From the NCBI GenBank assembly GCA_013265495.1, contig MU058290.1, positions 62,001-126,000 on the forward strand: a stretch of DNA of 64,000 nt, read 5' to 3'. Origin of the DNA: Vicugna vicugna (Eukaryota). Positions 47,785 to 62,353 of this stretch are shown here, in pieces. The translations under genes were made by a program, and so were the position numbers. The notes beneath the pieces are model-generated. The model made no database searches, was not told the origin of the DNA, and was given only the letters and a program-made list of their open reading frames with translations. How positions within the stretch are numbered: the stretch's first letter is position 1; every line of letters starts with the position of its first letter.

Positions 47785-50319
47785 CAGGTTTCTAATAAAG
47801 CAACCACAGAGCCGTGCACCAGGGAAGGTTCCGGCTGGATGTGTTTTACCAACCCAAAACTTGTTAGTTGTTTTTATCGCCTGCCTTCCGCCAGCCCTGC
47901 TGGCTCCCAACCACGTCAGAGGAGGTCAGCAAGGCCCATGGAATTAAGCTCGGGGACACAGATCTAGTTAGTGGCAGAGCCAACATGAAGATAGGAGCCC
48001 AGCTTTCACGACTCCCAGGCCACTGCTGGTTCTGCTCTAGCTGGGGCCTTCTGAAAAGGAAGGGTATTTTTTTTTTTTTTTTTTTTGGTGGTGGTGGTGG
48101 CTTTTTGTTTTGTTTCAGTTTTGACTGTTTATTTTTGAATTGCTTCTGGGTTCTTTAGGGCCTTGGCGATTATTTGGGGTCAGGGGGCTATCGTTCATCT
48201 GCTTTCCAGGAATCATATCTGATATTCAGGGAAGCTGGAATGGACCCCCAGGAGGAGAGAAGAGCTGGAGCTGGTATGGACGGGGTGAATGGGCTTGGAG
48301 GCGCTGTAGGGAAGGCTGAGTTGATGCGCCTTCCTCAGTGAGGGTTCAAAGGAAACTGCTGAGGACTTAGCCTGGGGACACATATGAGAAGACAGACATG
48401 CTGTGATCAAAGCATTCTCAGAAATGGGAAACTGAAGGGCCTACTAGTAGCTATAAGACATGCTTAGGTCAACCTCCCCTCAACCTGGCCTCCCCTGGGC
48501 TATCACCTGCGGCAGTTATTTCAAGAATACAAGTCAAGTTACCAAAAAAAAAAAAAATGCTTGGTTTGCCCTCAAAGGAGTACAGGACCTCCGCCTCTCG
48601 GGTTCATAGCCTGTGCACAGCCTGGGGCTGTACCTGCAAAGCTGAGGTTGAGAGCCTCTGACTCAGAGCATGCCCTGCCCAGAGCAGGAGCAGGTTGTTC
48701 TTGGACAGATTCAGGCTCCATTCTGTCCGCCTCACCTGGACAGAGAGACAACTGAGGTAGTGGGAGGGCAGTTGGAAGAGTGCCCGGAGGCTTGTGACAG
48801 TATTGCCTGAATCTTGCTGTTAATACTGTTAATAGCTTGTCTAGGAAACAGCTCTGCAGTTGCCAAAGGGAGCCAATGAATCCTGAGTCACGGCTCCACC
48901 TCCCCACTTCTGGGCCGACGCCCAGGGGCCAGCTCCCCGTTCACCCATTGCTCACCCTGACTTCAGGCTGGGAGGCAGAGATCGTGGAGCTACTTCCCTG
49001 GGGTTGGGGGCGGCGGGAATAGAAGAGGTAGCCAGAGAGTTGTCCTTTTCAGAGAATAGCCATTGGGGTCATTTCAAATGAGCTCAGCGCCTTCGTTTGC
49101 GACAGCAGAAATTGACTTTCAAGGTAGTCAAATTCTTCCTTTATTCTTTTCCACCACCTCCATTTTAGAAATGAATAAGCTGGGATATGGCTTTCCCAAG
49201 ATCACACAGCTAGTTAGTGGGAGAAGAAGAGAAAGATCTGAAATCTTTTACCCTTTCATCCATTCGAGAAACACTTTTTGATCTCCTGTGAGCAGCAGGC
49301 AGTGTGCTAGAGCAAACAGGCACATTGTTCTGGCTCTCCAGAGGCACAGGGCGTCTGGGAGAGAAGAAAGATGAGTGTCCCTCGCCTCCTTTTGCGGTGT
49401 GATCACCGTCTCCCAGGCAGGCCGTCCTCCATAGAAACTCTGTGGTCACCACTATAGATGGGCGGGGGGCCCAGGACTTGAGGCAGAGGAAATATAAAAT
49501 AGGGGACAATACGAGAAGAAGCACGCCCATATCAGAAGGGCCAAGGAAATGGACAATTTGAAAGGGGCTCCTTGTGAAGGGCCTGCTGGTGGACGGTAAG
49601 ACTAGTAGATGTGGGAATCAGAGTTAAGATTTTTTTCTCTTCTGTAATTAGATTTTTTTTTTCAGAAAGTCTGTTAAACCCCATATCCTTGTACTAGAGA
49701 ATACAGGGCCGGGCCTGGATCCAGGCTTTGGGAGGAAGATGAAGCAGACACCACGCAGAAGCACTTACGAGAAGCCAGGGATGGACAGAGAGGGTGTCTG
49801 GAGCGTCTGTTTCAGACAAGAGACAAGCACTCCTCGGAGAGCTTCTAAAACATTTGGGGAAAAGAACTGGAGTCCCAGCAGCAATGAAGGATGGGGCTTG
49901 GATTATTGTTAAACAGAGGGAGGGCAATTCCCCAAGTCCAAAACGCTGGGTCTATGTAAGTTACATTCCCTTGGTTCCCACTCAGATGACTGGCTCCTAG
50001 TTTGCCATCTCTGCCGTGTCCCCCTGTCTGGGAAGATCAGTTAGGGAAATGTTCTTTTCTAGAACCCTATTCCTTAGGATGTTAATAGTGGTGCCCCTCA
50101 AATGAAGCTCCAGGCTTGAATCAATTTGTAAAATCCTGAATTAAATGAAATTAGTCAAGCTTCTCGAATGCTAGGCTTCTCAAAGTGAATCTTGTGAATG
50201 CAAGGAAAGGGATGTAATTAACAATGTTTCTTAAGCTTTAGATCAGGAAACTTTTTTTTTGAAGCACACTCATCATCATCTCCCAGAGCAATGTTTACCT
50301 GAAGACAAGGAGGAAAAAT

Positions 50320-50765
50320 GCTGCGAGTTGTCCTCAATGTTTCTTGTCCCCTTCTTCCTTAGCAAGAGGAAGCCAGGATTTTAGCTGGGCACGTGCCCAC
50401 CCAGAATAAACCCTACATTTCCCAGTGCCCCTTGCAATTGGATGTGATTCCCTGACCAAGTTATTGCCAATGAGATGTAAGTGGAAATGGCTTGTGAAAC
50501 TTTGGGATGCATCCTTAGAAGGCATCGCCACACCCTTTTTGTACCTTTCTGCTAGATGCTAGCTGGAATTCAGACCTGATGGCTGTTTCTGGAGCAGCCT
50601 TCTGGACCATGACATGGAAACCACCCACTAGGAGAGAAGAAGCCAGCTCCTTGGAGCACCTCACCAATCCTAGGCTAACTCCCCCAGGCTTTCTTTTACG
50701 TGAGAAATAAGCTACCATCTTGTTTAGACTACCATGTCTTTGAGTTTGCTGTCATTAGCAGCCAT
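50320..50765 (+). mobile_element. MLT1 (ERVL-MaLR) LTR relic
   Basis: CTACATTTCCCAG..CCCTTGCA, CCAATGAGATGTAAGTGGAA and GTGAGAAATAA motifs typical of MLT1J/K. Confidence 0.75.
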
Positions 50766-53700
50766 TTTGAGAGAGGTGATTAGACAGGCTTACTGACGTT
50801 GGCTGACTAACTGCAAGGGAAAGAAAATGCCAGGCTGTTGAAAAAACAGGTTGTTTCTCTTATCCCGCAGCTGACTCCTTTGTTCCAAGGACATAGCCAT
50901 GCAACAGGACGTTCTATGTCCCACAGCTGCTACACTGATCCCAAAGACACACCCCAGTATCTCTTTGTTCTCTTTCTCCTACTAAAGTTTCTGTTTCAGG
51001 GCTGAGCTCCAGGGGGAAAAAGCCAGTGACAGAAGGTGACTGGCACCACCAGAGTGAAGATAAGGATGGCAGGGAAGGCCCCGCCGCCCAAGCCGAGGCT
51101 GGAGCTGACGAGACCGGCCACCTGGCTGACGGCTCCCACGTCCCCGTTGTTTTCTTTCTTCTTCTTTTTCTTCTTTTTTTTTTTTTTCAAACTTCTCTCT
51201 TTGAGTAATAAAGCAGCTTCCTTTTTCACTTTGTCCCTCTACTGAGAATTCTTTCTGAGTCGGTGGGCAAGGACCCATGTATCTAATGGGAGGGGAGGCT
51301 TGCCCACACGCTTGTGGGTTTTCCAATTCAAGGGTCTCTCTAACCACTAACAAAGTGGAAAATGTGTAATGATGATCTTTTCTTAGATTTGTTTTTTTCT
51401 CTTTTTCCGAAACCAGGTGTATATATGGATATTCCCATAGCCTAGGAATTTACATAAAAGCTAACAAAAATAATAAAGGATATTCAAAAAAGGATACTTG
51501 GAATAAGGCAAGGGTCTTGGCCAATTAAGAGCATTTAGGATCATTAGATATACTCTAATAATAAATATACTACTACTAATAATAATAAATTGCGTTATTT
51601 GAAAATATTTTCTAAAGTTTACATGTATATGTACATCTTTGCTCTTCCCTTATCAGTAGGTCCAGGGGATATAAGCAAATGTACATGTATTTGAATATAA
51701 TGAACTGCTTTTCTTTTGATAACCTTTATTTTTCAAAGACAGATCAGTACTGTAAACAACCCTCAAGGCCATTGGCTCCAAGACCCCACTGTATACAATC
51801 AAGGGAGCCACAGGAGCTCTGGGTGAACCAAGTCCAGAACGGCTCGAAATGTGTGCTCAGCAACTGCTTACGCTACATCCAGTCAATAAGATGAGTGAAG
51901 AGCCACCGCCTCTGCTGTTGCTCCTTCATCCATCCCACCCCACCTCCGTTTCTTACTTAATGCTCTTGAGATAAGCTTCCCAGGTTCTTATTTAGAAGGC
52001 ATTTAAACACCAGCACTTAGCGCTACATCACAGCACACCCTTCACTGCTGCCATGAGTCAGAATCTGGGGGAGGGTTGAGGAGTTGGAAATGCTTTCCTC
52101 CCTGCGGTGAGCACACTGCTCATTCAAAGTACGGCCCTTGTGGAGCCTACTTTTAGGATGGCTGTAGGGGAAGGGGACACAGAATATAATAACAAACAAA
52201 ATAAAAGTGTAAATTATATAACATATTAGAAGGTAAGAATGAAATACAAAAGAAAAAGTAGAACATGGAAGCGTGAGTTCGGCATGGGTGGGGGTTGCAA
52301 TTTCAGATGGGCTGTTCTGTGTGGGCCTCGCTGAGAAGAGACTTGAAGGAGGGAAGGGCATCTGGCAGAGGGGGCGGCCAGACAGACACCCCAGGCAGGA
52401 GCCCCCTGACCTATTCAAAGAACACAAGGCTAGAGCAGATAGGGACTGGGGTGTGAATCCACCATCACTGTGACTCTATAATCAACACCCGTTTTCGTGC
52501 TTCTGGGTTCAGAATTACAAATTCACGTCCCAAGAAAATCTCATTGGTCAGGTTGGATCAGGGGTGTGTCTGTACACCAAGCTACAGACAGACAGGGAGA
52601 GTCACATCAGAAAACGGCTGAAGACGTAACCTGATAGGTACCCTCCACACAATAGACTTGAGTTAAATATTAGATGTTTCCTTTAGAAAAGGGTTTAATT
52701 GTTTTGGAAAGGTATGTTTGAATGATTCTAAGTTCCTGAATGATTGTGTGAGCAGAACCTGGAGTGCCTCCTTTGGACTTTTACATAAGGGAGAACTACC
52801 CTTCTGAATTCGTTGTCACTGAAGTGTGGGTGATGACTTTGTTACAGCAGCCCATCCTCCCCCTGTGCAGGCCCTTTCCAAAACTTCTAGCTGAATAGCC
52901 CTCGCTTCCCCTTGGCCTCCCACGAGTGACGTTCCCCTGATTGACTTAGAGGCATTGGAATCCATGCCCAGAGCTGGAGACGAGAAGAGATTCTTAAATA
53001 ATACTGGGGTTTGGTTAGAAAGGAGGAAGCGGAAACCTGTAATGACAAGATTTACTCTGATAATTCTATTTAAAATTGCATCACACTTACCTTCTAAAGC
53101 GCTGAAGTATTGATTGATTAGGCTTCTTTTCCTATATACCTATCTCCCTTCATTAGATGTAAGCTCCATGTGAGCAGGAATTTTAAGGTTTTCAAAATAA
53201 ATGTCTGCAAATATACACAAAAGCAGACAGAATAAGTGTTATGGGTCCTGTCCCACTTATCTTCCCAAAAGCAATAATTATTAAACATTTGCCACATTTG
53301 CTTCCCACTCCCCTCCACCACTGCCTGCTTCCTCCTTCCCCTTCCTTTCTTCCTTCTTTCCTTTTTTCCTTATTCGTTGGAAGAAAATACTTGCCAGTAC
53401 GTAACTTTACTCATACACTTTTGAGTATATCTTAAAAATAAATATTTTTCTCTATAATTACAGCATCTTATAAAAACTTAAAATACATTTTAATATAATC
53501 TAATGCCCAGTCCATATTCAAATTCTAGTCAGATTCAAAATCTGAAGATTCTTTTACTCTGTAATAGTTTCTCCGTCTTTGTTTCTGTGCCCCTTGTTGA
53601 AGAAACTGGTCAGGCATCGGGTAGAATGTCTGAATGTCTGACATCCTGGATTTGTCTTACTGCTTCCTTGTCTTATTTAACTTGTGCCTCATTCCCCTTT

Positions 53701-54030
53701 ATTTCCTATACACTGGAAGTTAAGTCTAAGGCTTAATTAATTTAGGTTCAGTTGTTTGGCAAGGGTACTTCCTGAACAGTGCTGTGTACTTCCTACAGCA
53801 TCATATTAAGAGGCATGTAATAACTAGCTTTTCACTTTCCAGAGTGTGGTGGCGGTGGCAGCCAGGTCTTCCCTGGAAAGTTTCCCATAGGCTTCTCTCC
53901 TAATAGTTTTATCACCTACCAACTAATTTCTATCTGACTTAGTAATTTCATTCATGATTATAAAAGAATGACTTTTCTAATTGTATAATTTTTTCATATT
54001 TATTAGTGATTGTTCCTCTCTAAAGAACTT

Positions 54031-54266
54031 CGAGAGAGAGATAAATTAGGAGTTGGGATTAACAGATACACACTACTATATATAAAATAGATAAACAACA
54101 AGGACCTACTGTATAGCAGAGGAAACTATTCAACATCTTATAATAACCTGTAATGAAAAAGAATATAAATCTGTATGTATGTGTATAACTGAATCACTTT
54201 GCTGTACACCTGAAACTAACACAACATTGTAAATCAACTATACTTCAATAAAAATTAATTTAAAAA
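54031..54266 (+). mobile_element. 5'-truncated L1 3' end
   Basis: AACAGATACACACTACTATATATAAAATAGATAAACAACAAGGACCTACTGTATAGCA...AACTATACTTCAATAAAA; TSD AAAGAACTT at 54022-54030 and 54267-54275. Confidence 0.92.
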
Positions 54267-55257
54267 AAAGAACTTTCCCTTATCACATGAAAGCTATTTG
54301 GTTACCCTGAAATATAGTTCCTACAGGCTGGGAAAAATAAACATGCAATTCTTACATTTTAATTACCAATTTTCCTATTACGAGATTGATTCGGAATCAG
54401 TAGGGAGAGAGGGATCTTTGTCTTTTCACTGATGTACCCCGAGTGTCTGGCACAGGTAGGTGTTCAATAAATATTTGTTGAATGAAATAATACGTGAATC
54501 ATAAAAGTTCCCTACAGGAGGTGACAAAAATCCTATATAATAGATGGCTGAGGAAATCAAGTTTTAGTACAACCATGAGTCAGGATCCTGGGTCCTGTAC
54601 TCAAGGAGTTTTTATAAGGGAAGCTAATAAGAATGTTTGTCCCTTGGTTAGTGCTGTTGGCCAATACAGGTTCCACGATGCAAGAGCAGTGTTCTTTCCA
54701 GATCCCTCTGGGTCCCTGGGAGGAAGAAGAAACTGTAATAATGGCTAAGTTGGATTTCTCCCCAGCTTAGCAGGGCAGAAGATTAAGCAAGTCTTCACTT
54801 GCTATAGAATCAATAAGGTGATGTAAATTTGCTTGCCCAAGTTTGTAGAGTAAGACCTATATCCGTTACATGGCAAAATATTTGTTACTTACAATACTTT
54901 TTTCAAAAGTGATTTTTCAAAAGTGAATCAATGCCCAGGAAGGGTCCTTATTTGGTCCCAGGGTGCCTGATGTGAAGGTAGGGGGCACGGAGGGGCAGGT
55001 GGAATCCAGGAGACACGGAAAAGCTGGCACCACGGAGAGGGGAGGCTCCCAGGACAGAGGGGGAGAGAGACGGGAGAGTTAAAAGGGAACTTTGGGGGGT
55101 TTTACAGCCGATAGAGATTTTAAACACTAGTTTTGCATTATTGTTTGTGTGACAACCTATACTGTATATCCAAGAGAGCTTCAGTGGTGTCTATTATTTG
55201 CTAAAACTTTGTGGAATTGGATTTGCTCGGGGACATCTGGCAAAGTGGTGAGCCCTC

Positions 55258-55692
55258 TCTTCTGTTTGTCTATTGCTGCGTTACAAATCAGCCCAAAATG
55301 GTGGATGACAACAATAGTGACTTTATTTGGTCCTGAATCTGGAGATGGACTGGGCGCAGCTAGGCAGTTCTTGCTTGAGTTCTCACACATGGTTTTATTC
55401 ACAGGGATGGAAGCAGGAGAAGGAATTTGGGCATCTCTCTCCTTGTGGCCTTGCCCTGTGGTGGCCTCAGCACAGTCAGCCCTCTACATGGGGCCCAGAG
55501 CCACTGTCCTAGGAGAACCACAGCCTGTCTCAGAGGCCACACCACGCTGGATCAGGGAGGCAGGCACAGAAGCCTCCCAGGTTCTCAGGAGAGGACAGAG
55601 ACTCTGCCTCTTGCTGGGGGAGTGGTAAGGTCCTGGAAGACACTGTGCGATGGAAGGTACTTTGTGGCCATTTGGGGGAAAATACAATCTGC
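55258..55692 (-). mobile_element. MLT1 LTR relic
   Basis: TGTCTATTGCTGCGTTACAAAT..CCCAAAA start and GGCCATTTGGGGGAAAATACAATCTG end, typical of antisense MLT1. Confidence 0.65.
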
Positions 55693-57988
55693 TCCATGGC
55701 TTTATGGTGAGCGTGGCATTGGGCAGTTACAGAAGGTTGCAAGGGTAGCCAACCACATCCATAGGACGTGAGCAACTTCCGGTTTCCCGTGGGAGCAGGA
55801 GAAGCTGGAGCTCTTTGAGCGTCTCTCTGTCTCCATGTGTTCTCTCCACTGGTGGCCTCAACACAGTTGAGCTTCGTACGTGGCAGCTGAAGGTATCCGG
55901 AGTGAGTGTCCACTTCCTCAGCTGTCCCTCCGAGGCCGCTGCCTGGGCTCAGACAAGACTGGAGCTGGCTAGGTTTCTAGCAACTCTGGAGTAGAGCATT
56001 GGACAAAATGAATCATTAAGGGAATTACTAACGTTAGTTTACATCCTGACACTAATACTAGTTTCCTGCAGTCTTCTGCCTCTTTCCGATGGCTGATCTA
56101 AGGCTCAGCAAAGGGAGGGTGGTGGGAATTTTAGGTCAAATGCAGCCATCTGGAAATAGGCCCAGGTTCTCCCTCCCTGTCCTTTTTCTTCCTCTCCCTT
56201 CTCTTCCCTTCCCCCTCCTCCTCCATCTCCTTTCTCTTCTCCTCTTCCTCCTCCCACCCTCCCTCCTTCTTTCCTTCTTTCCTTCCTTCCTCTCTTCCCA
56301 CCTCAGGTGCACAGAATTGGGTTTATCATATTCTGTTTGTGGCCCATGCTAGGTCTCTCTTTTGCTTTGTTCAATTTTATTTTTCCCTTTTATTCCTTAT
56401 CCCTGTTTCTATTTTTCTCATCTCATGGGCAGCTGTCCCAGAGTATTTAATCCACATTCTTCCACCCTATTTATATCTTGGATCTCCTTGGAAAATAAGT
56501 TGTATTATTTTGGAGCATGCATGTTTTAAATTTAAATCAACTGGAAATGATTTTCGTTGTTTCTTACTTATTTTTTTTTCCACACACCAGCATGTTTTCT
56601 GAGTTCTATGCATGCTACTATTTGTAAATCTAGCACATTATTTGAAGCTGCTTTATATTATTTCATGCATGGAACACATCTTCACCTGTCCATTCCTTTC
56701 ATGAGGGACACTTAAGTTGCCTCCTAGCTCTTTTCTGCTACAAATCATACCATGATGAACATCCCGGCACACACTCCATCCAGAGGAGCTCTGTTGGAGT
56801 CCATGCCCAGGCTGGGATTACAAAGTCTCAGACTATATTCATTCGTAATTTCATCCAGTACTTCCAGGCTACTTTCCTATATCGCCACACCAGTTTTCAT
56901 GCCCACTGACATTTTTCCAGCACCTGATATTAGTTTGTCTAATTGTTGATAATCTGATGGTTATAAATCGATATCTCTTTGTTATGTTAATTTCCATGTA
57001 TTTGACGACAAATGAAGTTAAGCCTTGTTCATCATCCATTTTGGCTTCTTCTAAAATTGACTTTTCATAACGTTTGATAATCTTTTCTCTTCTGGAGTTT
57101 TCTGTCTTTTTGTTGTTGATATGAAGGAGTTCTTTATATCTAGATGTTAATCCTTAGTCGGTTTTAGGCATTACAATTGTTTTCTCCAAGGCTGTCAGCA
57201 CTATTTAACGTTTGAACTCAGCATCAACTCTGTTTTGGGAGGGTAATACTCTGAAATGTTGAGAAGGGCTTAGCTGCCTCAGTTGAGGATAAATTTTGTA
57301 ACAAAGCTTGACTCCTTGCTTATAAACTTAGTATAATATCTGTAATTTAGCTACTTGGAGGTCCTGGCAGAAAATATTGAACAAGTTACAATATATAGAT
57401 ATAATTCTTTTTATGCAATAGAAATGTTTCTGAAAGGTGGTGTACAAATCAAAATTTAACTGAGAAGTTCAACAATTAGTGATGCACTTTTATCTTTGTG
57501 GCATTTTGCAACACATCCAAAACAGAACAGTTTGAATTGTGAAAGAACAGCTAGGATGAAAGTTTTTGGAAAGTAAATAACCTCCTGGTTGTTCATTTTC
57601 ATGGTCTGGAATTATGCTTCTGATTTTGTTGCATAGAAAGAGATATATTCGTTGAAATCTTTTCCTGGATTCTCTGTCCTTTCTAGATCATTTTTAACTC
57701 CCAAATCGCTTTCTTCTTACCAAAGACATAGATACATACAAAGGAGACTATGTAGCTGTCTTTCCAAAATAGAAATCATTTTAGGGCAAAGAGTGATAAA
57801 ATTAATTCCATTTTCCCCATCCTATGTCAAAGACAGGGAGATGATGGCAACAAAAAGAATTCTATCATCTCAATACCTGAGCCACTATCTTTTAACCAAG
57901 CCCTCATTGACTAATTTTCAGTGTAGGTCTTCCAAGTACGTTATAATTCAGTGGCTCCTAAATTTTGCTGCTTATTAGAATCACTGGG

Positions 57989-58169
57989 TATATAAAAATA
58001 GATAAAAAACAATTTCTTCTGCACAGCACAAGGAACTATATTCAATATCTTGTAGTAACTTTTAACAAAGAAGAATATGAAAATGAATATATGTACATAT
58101 GTGCTGTATACCAGAAATGGACATATTGTAACTGACTATACTTTAATTTTAAAAAAAATGATTTAAAAA
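57989..58169 (+). mobile_element. Short L1 3' end inserted in a MER5-like MITE (~57950-58305)
   Basis: 13-bp TSD TAGAATCACTGGG at 57976-57988 and 58170-58182; L1 3' UTR AGCACAAGGAACTATATTCAATATCTTGTAGTAAC. Confidence 0.88.
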
Positions 58170-59404
58170 TAGAATCACTGGGGAAGCTTTTAATAATTTC
58201 AAAGCCCTAGTCTTAACACCAATTAAAGCAGAATGCCTCGATGTGGCATTAAAAAATGCCTTGGAAATTCCAATGTTCAGTAGAATTTGGAAACCATTGC
58301 CACGCTCTCCAAGAGTCCAGGGCTTTATCAAGACTGATGTCAATGTCAGGGAATTGTTTCAGCTCTGTCCTGGGCACCACGTGGGAATGACACTGGCTGA
58401 AACTGGAGTTCAGGCATTAAGCACCGAGAAGGTGAGAGTCTTATTGCTCCTGCCATCTCTCATCTTCCCCTGAGACTTTCAAACTTTCATAACTCTCCAT
58501 TAACGAAATGGAAACAATAGCTACTTCACAGGTTTGCATAAAGACTGATGAAAATATGGGAAATAGTGCTGTGTGTGGCACCCTTCAAGACTTAAATGTT
58601 TTGAAAAGTCCATGCTTGTTTAGTGAGGACACGTTCAGGACCTGCCTTACCCAAAAGTCATTTCTCTTCTTTCCGAAGGCAGCCAAGCACACTCCCCTGC
58701 ACGCCCCTCCCTTTCTGCTCTTTCCACTTTGGCCCTCCCCACACTCAGCTGGCTCCCTACCAGTTATTGTCTGCGAACAGTGAGACACAAAGGACTTTCT
58801 CAGATCCATGATCAAAAGGATATGTTACCTGGGAGAGCTACAGCAAAACGGAAAGGTGAGAGGATACAGTGCAGAGTCAAGCGGGGTCGACAGGAGGAGA
58901 GATTGGGAAGGAATTGGGAAGAATGTATTAGTATACAGCTAAGGGCATATTGAATTGGGTGGAATTAAGGTTAAGACAACTATGGGAAAGAAAGTCATTC
59001 AGCAATAGGAATAAAATAATCAGGAATGGGTACTTTTTAATACCTTCTATATGTTTGGCTATACGTTAAGCCCTCTGATGGATTCAGGAGAAATAGATGA
59101 CACACCTGCTATCAAGGAGATTGTGGAAGCCAACAAACACAATACACCAGGAATAATTAGAGTTCAGTGCCAAACTCTGAGAGCTGAAATGGTCAGAAAG
59201 GGCTTTCTTGGGAAGCTGAACCTTCTGCTGGATCTTGCAGGGTTAGCATGATTTCATTAGCAGAGAGAAGGAAATAAAATATCCGAAGGATGGGGGAGCA
59301 AAGTCAAGGGACTGGGCTGGCAGAATCTGATTACCTTCTGATACTTTGTCTCTTCTTACTCTACAGGAATTAGAGCAAAAGATGTGAAGGACCTCTTACC
59401 CCTG

Positions 59405-59842
59405 ATGCTACTAATGGTGATAATTTTCCTGTCGCTTCTGTTCTGGGAAAATGAGCTGAATGAGGACGTAGTGGCAATGACCATAGAGCACCTGCATGTG
59501 GACTACCCTCAGAGTGACGTTCCCGTAAGGTACTGCAACCACATGATCTTAGAAAGAGTCATCAAGGAACCCAACAACACCTGCAAAAAGGAGCATGTCT
59601 TCATCCATGAGAGGCCTCGAAATATTAATAGCGTTTGCAATTCTCGCAGGAAGGTGGCTTGCCAAAACCATTCCACCACTCTGTGCTTCCAGAGTGAGAC
59701 TAAGTTCAAAATGACAGTCTGTAAGCTCACTGAAGGCACCAGATACCCTGCCTGCAGTTACCACATTTCCCCCATAGAGGGGTTTATTGTTGTCACTTGT
59801 GATGGCATGGGGCCAGTTAAAATCCAGAGATATGTTGAATAA
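59405..59842 (+). CDS. RNASE12: Probable inactive ribonuclease-like protein 12, 145 aa
   Basis: ATG at 59405 (MLLMVIIFLSLLFWENE signal peptide); HLHVDYPQ, RYCNHMI, CKKEHVFIHERPR, CFQSETKFKMTVC, GTRYPAC match RNASE12; 8 RNase A-type Cys; acceptor CTACAG ends at 59366; AATAAA at 60024-60029. Confidence 0.95.
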   Translation: MLLMVIIFLSLLFWENELNEDVVAMTIEHLHVDYPQSDVPVRYCNHMILERVIKEPNNTCKKEHVFIHERPRNINSVCNSRRKVACQNHSTTLCFQSETKFKMTVCKLTEGTRYPACSYHISPIEGFIVVTCDGMGPVKIQRYVE

Positions 59843-60123
59843 CATGGGACCAGCACCTGGGTCTGCCATCTCTGGTCTCCTCTCTCAGAGGCGCTGGTGC
59901 TGGCTCTTCCGAGGCACACCTGAACCGTGGACATGGGGTAATGCCTTGAGTGAAATGGGTAGCTGCTGGTAATGCATGTATCCTTCCAGTTTTGCTGAGC
60001 TGGCATCTTTTTTATTCTGCTTCAATAAAAATTTGCTGAATTAAACCATAAACTCTACATGTGTTTTAATTCCTTGTCCTTTTTCTTTGGGTCATTTGAT
60101 GAAAGCCAACACTGCATCCCACA

Positions 60124-60521
60124 CAGGACTGAGATGAGGTAAGGTGAGGGAAGGACTCACTACATATGCAAAATTTAAGGGGCACCAAAAAACCCCGAGG
60201 CATATAGATAAATATTTTTAAATAATATTTTTAGAAATGAAAATTAATTCAAATATCCCTGATGAACACAAGAGCTGAATTTTAAATCAAGACCCAATTT
60301 GACAGGGTTGGATTTAGGATGAAGCGGGGTATGTGGGTTGTGCCAGTACAGGGTCAGATCCTGTTATTTAAAATTTTGATATTTGTTCAACAGGGATTAT
60401 TTTACATTAAACTGATTTTTAAATGTTGCAATAAAATATTATTTATTTTGACTGTTGGTTTTTTTAAATTTTGTAACTGCAGCGAGGACCTCATTCGTTC
60501 CACACTAACCCCAGACTTGAT
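60124..60521. mobile_element. MER96B-like hAT MITE
   Basis: CAGGACTGAGATGAGGTAAGGTGAG...GCAAAATTTAAGGGGCACCAAAAAAC start with an internally palindromic AT-rich body; resembles MER96B as recalled. Confidence 0.65.
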
Positions 60522-62353
60522 CCTGGATGTAGAGGCAGTTGGGGTCATGCCTAAAGATCTTCTCTAAAGATGGTGTATATAACTCAAGTTGTTCCTATTC
60601 AGCGGCTGCCTCTGAGCCTTGAAAGAAAGGGAAACGGGGATCAGAAGCAGCCTGATGGGTCAGAAGTCATTTCCCTGAAAGACTAGGAAGAAATGGATAA
60701 GGATTTCCCAGGGAGGGAAGGAGCCCCTCAGGGTTCAGTCTGTCTCCTCTTCGTATCCCCACAGGGCAGTCAGACTACCAATTCCTTTCTGCTTTTAGTT
60801 CTTACAGCTGGACTGTTTGTTTAGTTCCTCCTCATTCAGCTACGGGCAGAGTACCACAGAGGAAGAGGGTGAAGGAAGAGAAGGAAAGGAAAGAGAGGCT
60901 CCTAATTCTGGGGACTTGATTAAATTCTGTTCCTCTCTGAGTATCGGTTCCTTCATGCGTAAAGTGAAGGGCTGAGATCATCTTTGAGGTTCTCTCCAGG
61001 TCTATTACTCCTCAATTCTATTTCAGGTAGTATAGCAATTGGCCTTGTTGGAGTTGCCAGTGGGTGCAGGGATGGGGTGGGGTGGGGTGGTTAGTACTGG
61101 GGAGTAGTAAGGGAAAAATAGGGTAACTGTTAAGTAAGGGCCAGATTATGGGGTCACTAATTCTGAGCTACGACACATTAACCCTGTGAGAACCAGAAAC
61201 TCACACGGTGAGCTAGAGTGAGCGTAGGCTGTGCACAAGCTTAGCAGGCCCTCTCTGTTCTGATCTTTTCAGCTGAGAGACTTCGACTATCACATTATTT
61301 ATCTGGACTCAACTCAAGGTCAGGTTAAAAAAGGAGGTTCACCTCTGCTAGTTGTTAACTCTGGTAAACATCAAGTTCTAACACACTGATTAGACTTACA
61401 GAAGAGGGTGACAATCATGGGTAGAGGACACTTGGCAACCTTGTGAGGAGAGGCTTACCCCTCTGGGGTGGCCCTTTTGTAGCTGAGTTCCTTTACTCAT
61501 TTCTCTGTGGGAATCCCATTGTCCCTGTTGTCTTCATGGGAGTTTGGATGTCACCAAGGAAGCAGAGCCCTCAGCATCTAATAGGTGCTGGGCAGGGACA
61601 GGTGGTCCCTGTCACACAACATGTTGGGTCCTGGTGGCAGCCTCATTTCCTGGGCAAAAGTAGCTGAAATGCATCCTCTAGTCCTCTGTTTCTATGTTCT
61701 GAATTCTAATTCCTTTCCTACCCCCCTCCCTAGGTTTTATTGTCCTTTCTTTCCTTCTCACTGCTTTTTCATCCCTTCTTCCCCTAAACTCCCTCTTTCT
61801 AATTAAAAACAGGCAGGTTGGGATTAAATCATGTAGAGTTTTTGACTAAATGGCCTCAGGGGATTAGATTACCCCGGTGTAGGCAATGAAGAATATCTGG
61901 AGTTTTCTGAAATAGTGTCACTGCAAGTGGTGTTTTGAGGAAAGTAGTGTACTGAGGGAATTGGAAGGGGTGGTGATTAGGAGGTGAGTGAAAAAATGCA
62001 GGAAATATAAGAGCAGGAGGCTTTTAGAGGTGGGAGACATGAAAAAAGAAAAAAAAAAGATCTTTCTAGACCAAGAGAGAGAATTATTACCCTAAATAAC
62101 CATTCTTTCTGGGATTCCCATTATGAGTTTTCCAGCACTGACCTCAAGTAAAGGATTTTTCTATGCTAGTCGAGCCATGGTATTTTGTTAATGAACACTG
62201 TTGAGAGACTAGTGTGTATAGATTTCAGTGTTTGATTCTGTACAGAATAAAGAGAAGCAGAGACTATGCTCCAGGCTCAAGGAATTTTCAGCCTTCATAA
62301 GAGGAAGAAAAGACTAACAGGTATCAACTAGATTCAAAAAATTAGAAGAAGCA

